Both the position numbers and the translations under genes were made by a program. This document shows positions 34,451-35,206 of a DNA stretch of 35,206 nucleotides, one piece after another. The notes under the pieces are model-generated. The model made no database searches, was not told the DNA's origin, and worked only from the letters and a program-made list of their open reading frames with translations. Each line of letters opens with the position of its first letter. The first letter of the stretch is position 1. Origin of the DNA: a bacterium (GTDB lineage: Bacteria > Patescibacteriota > Saccharimonadia > Saccharimonadales > UBA4665); NCBI GenBank assembly GCA_021846095.1, contig JAJZCO010000001.1, forward strand, positions 1-35,206, given 5' to 3'.

Positions 34451-35206
34451 ATGCCTCAAGTTTTAGCGGTTATTCAGTCTAACTTTTTCCAACTCATTTT
34501 TGGAACTTCACTCTTGTCTTTTTTTATAAACTCGGCCTTAATTGTTATGGCCTTAATTATTTTTTATAAATTAATACTCTCCGCTATTTTTAAGACAATA
34601 TTAGACGGACTAGATTTTGTTCGTCTTAAAAATAGATCTGTCATTTTTTTAGAATTAACTCCACCAAGTAAAAATATTAAGTCATACGAAGATGTCAGCC
34701 AATTATTTAAGGCCATTTACGAACTAAGCCATCAGACTTTATTAAAAAATAGACTAATCAAACGTAAAAATATAATCTCACTAGAAATAGTCTCCACTAA
34801 AAAAGATGGCATCAGATTTATTGCTGGACTAGATAATGACTACTCTTCTTTATTTAAACGACTTTTAGAATCTTTTATGCCGGAAATTAAAATAACAGAA
34901 ATAATGGATTATTTACCTCCAGATTTAGCTAGTTCAAAGTTTGAAGTAGTTGAATTTAATCAATCTCATCATTTTGCTTATCCCTTAGCAGATCAATCAG
35001 ATAATAATGATGTACTGTCTTACATTACTGGAGCAATGACTATGCCAGAGATTAATGAGTTAATTGCTCTTCAGTTAGTTATTTCACCAGTTAATGTCTC
35101 TATCAACAATACAATCCGTCAAAAACTGTTAGACAATCGAGATGATGACAGTAAAGACCTAAAACTTTTTAGATTAATAATCCGACTAGTTAAACTAGTC
35201 TTTTTA
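34451..35206 (+). CDS. Partial ORF (252 codons, open at the right edge), N-terminal region resembling CPR VirD4/TraG-like (T4SS coupling / HerA-like ATPase) proteins
   Basis: Not in the track because it is open-ended. ATG at 34451 with RBS AAGAGG. TM helices, then VIFLELTPPSKN...EDVSQLFKAIYEL...LEIVSTKKDGIRFIAG...YLPP. I recall this pattern from such proteins. The ATPase part would lie outside the window. Confidence 0.45.
   Translation, partial: MPQVLAVIQSNFFQLIFGTSLLSFFINSALIVMALIIFYKLILSAIFKTILDGLDFVRLKNRSVIFLELTPPSKNIKSYEDVSQLFKAIYELSHQTLLKNRLIKRKNIISLEIVSTKKDGIRFIAGLDNDYSSLFKRLLESFMPEIKITEIMDYLPPDLASSKFEVVEFNQSHHFAYPLADQSDNNDVLSYITGAMTMPEINELIALQLVISPVNVSINNTIRQKLLDNRDDDSKDLKLFRLIIRLVKLVFL

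Noticed and set aside
1-35206. CRISPR arrays, rRNA genes, prophage structural modules, RT or retron elements
   Set aside because: Reading both strands, I saw no regularly spaced short direct repeats, no rRNA-like conserved strings and no capsid, terminase or RT motifs.

Overview
AT-rich window: hand counts give about 27% G+C in ordinary stretches. Genes are small and tightly packed, and several convergent pairs share overlapping TTAA stop codons. The gene content points to a streamlined Patescibacteria/CPR-like bacterium, possibly Saccharibacteria-like. That content includes an archaeal-type AspRS, a MurC-family ligase, a Dus enzyme, an FtsB/DivIC-like protein, a membrane-anchored DsbA-like protein, a minimal type IV pilin, a partial VirD4/TraG-like ORF and many orphan membrane or surface proteins. 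The taxonomic call is inference; no database search was possible. The standard genetic code fits all long ORFs.

Housekeeping blocks:
- ABC-2 exporter plus dus, 11.3-14.1 kb
- murC-like gene, 16.4-17.7 kb
- aspS, a CBS-domain membrane protein and a DsbA-like protein, 20-23 kb
- an envelope-glycan locus, 28.6-33.9 kb

Accessory or decayed DNA between these blocks:
1. 5.7-10.5 kb is a mobile-element graveyard around an initiator tRNA. It holds a Fic-like remnant, a trypsin-like protease pseudogene, a tRNA 3' fragment, an IS30 remnant, and an intact IS630-family element nested inside an IS481-like remnant.
2. About 18.18-19.17 kb is a GC-richer foreign block carrying a Nudix hydrolase. It ends in a transposase C-terminal remnant.
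3. 23541-24750 is the most interesting item. This 1.2-kb cassette is bounded by about 50-bp imperfect terminal inverted repeats. It carries a small membrane ORF, a DUF5678-like small protein and a retropepsin-like (DTGA) aspartic protease, with no transposase inside.

Two other loci deserve follow-up. One is a LexA-N-terminal-domain-only regulator next to an orphan 473-aa zinc-ribbon protein that directly abuts a NadD-like gene. The other is a 904-aa fibre-like surface protein with a 384-nt tandem repeat. No CRISPR array, rRNA or reverse transcriptase was seen. All protein family calls rest on motifs recognised by eye.
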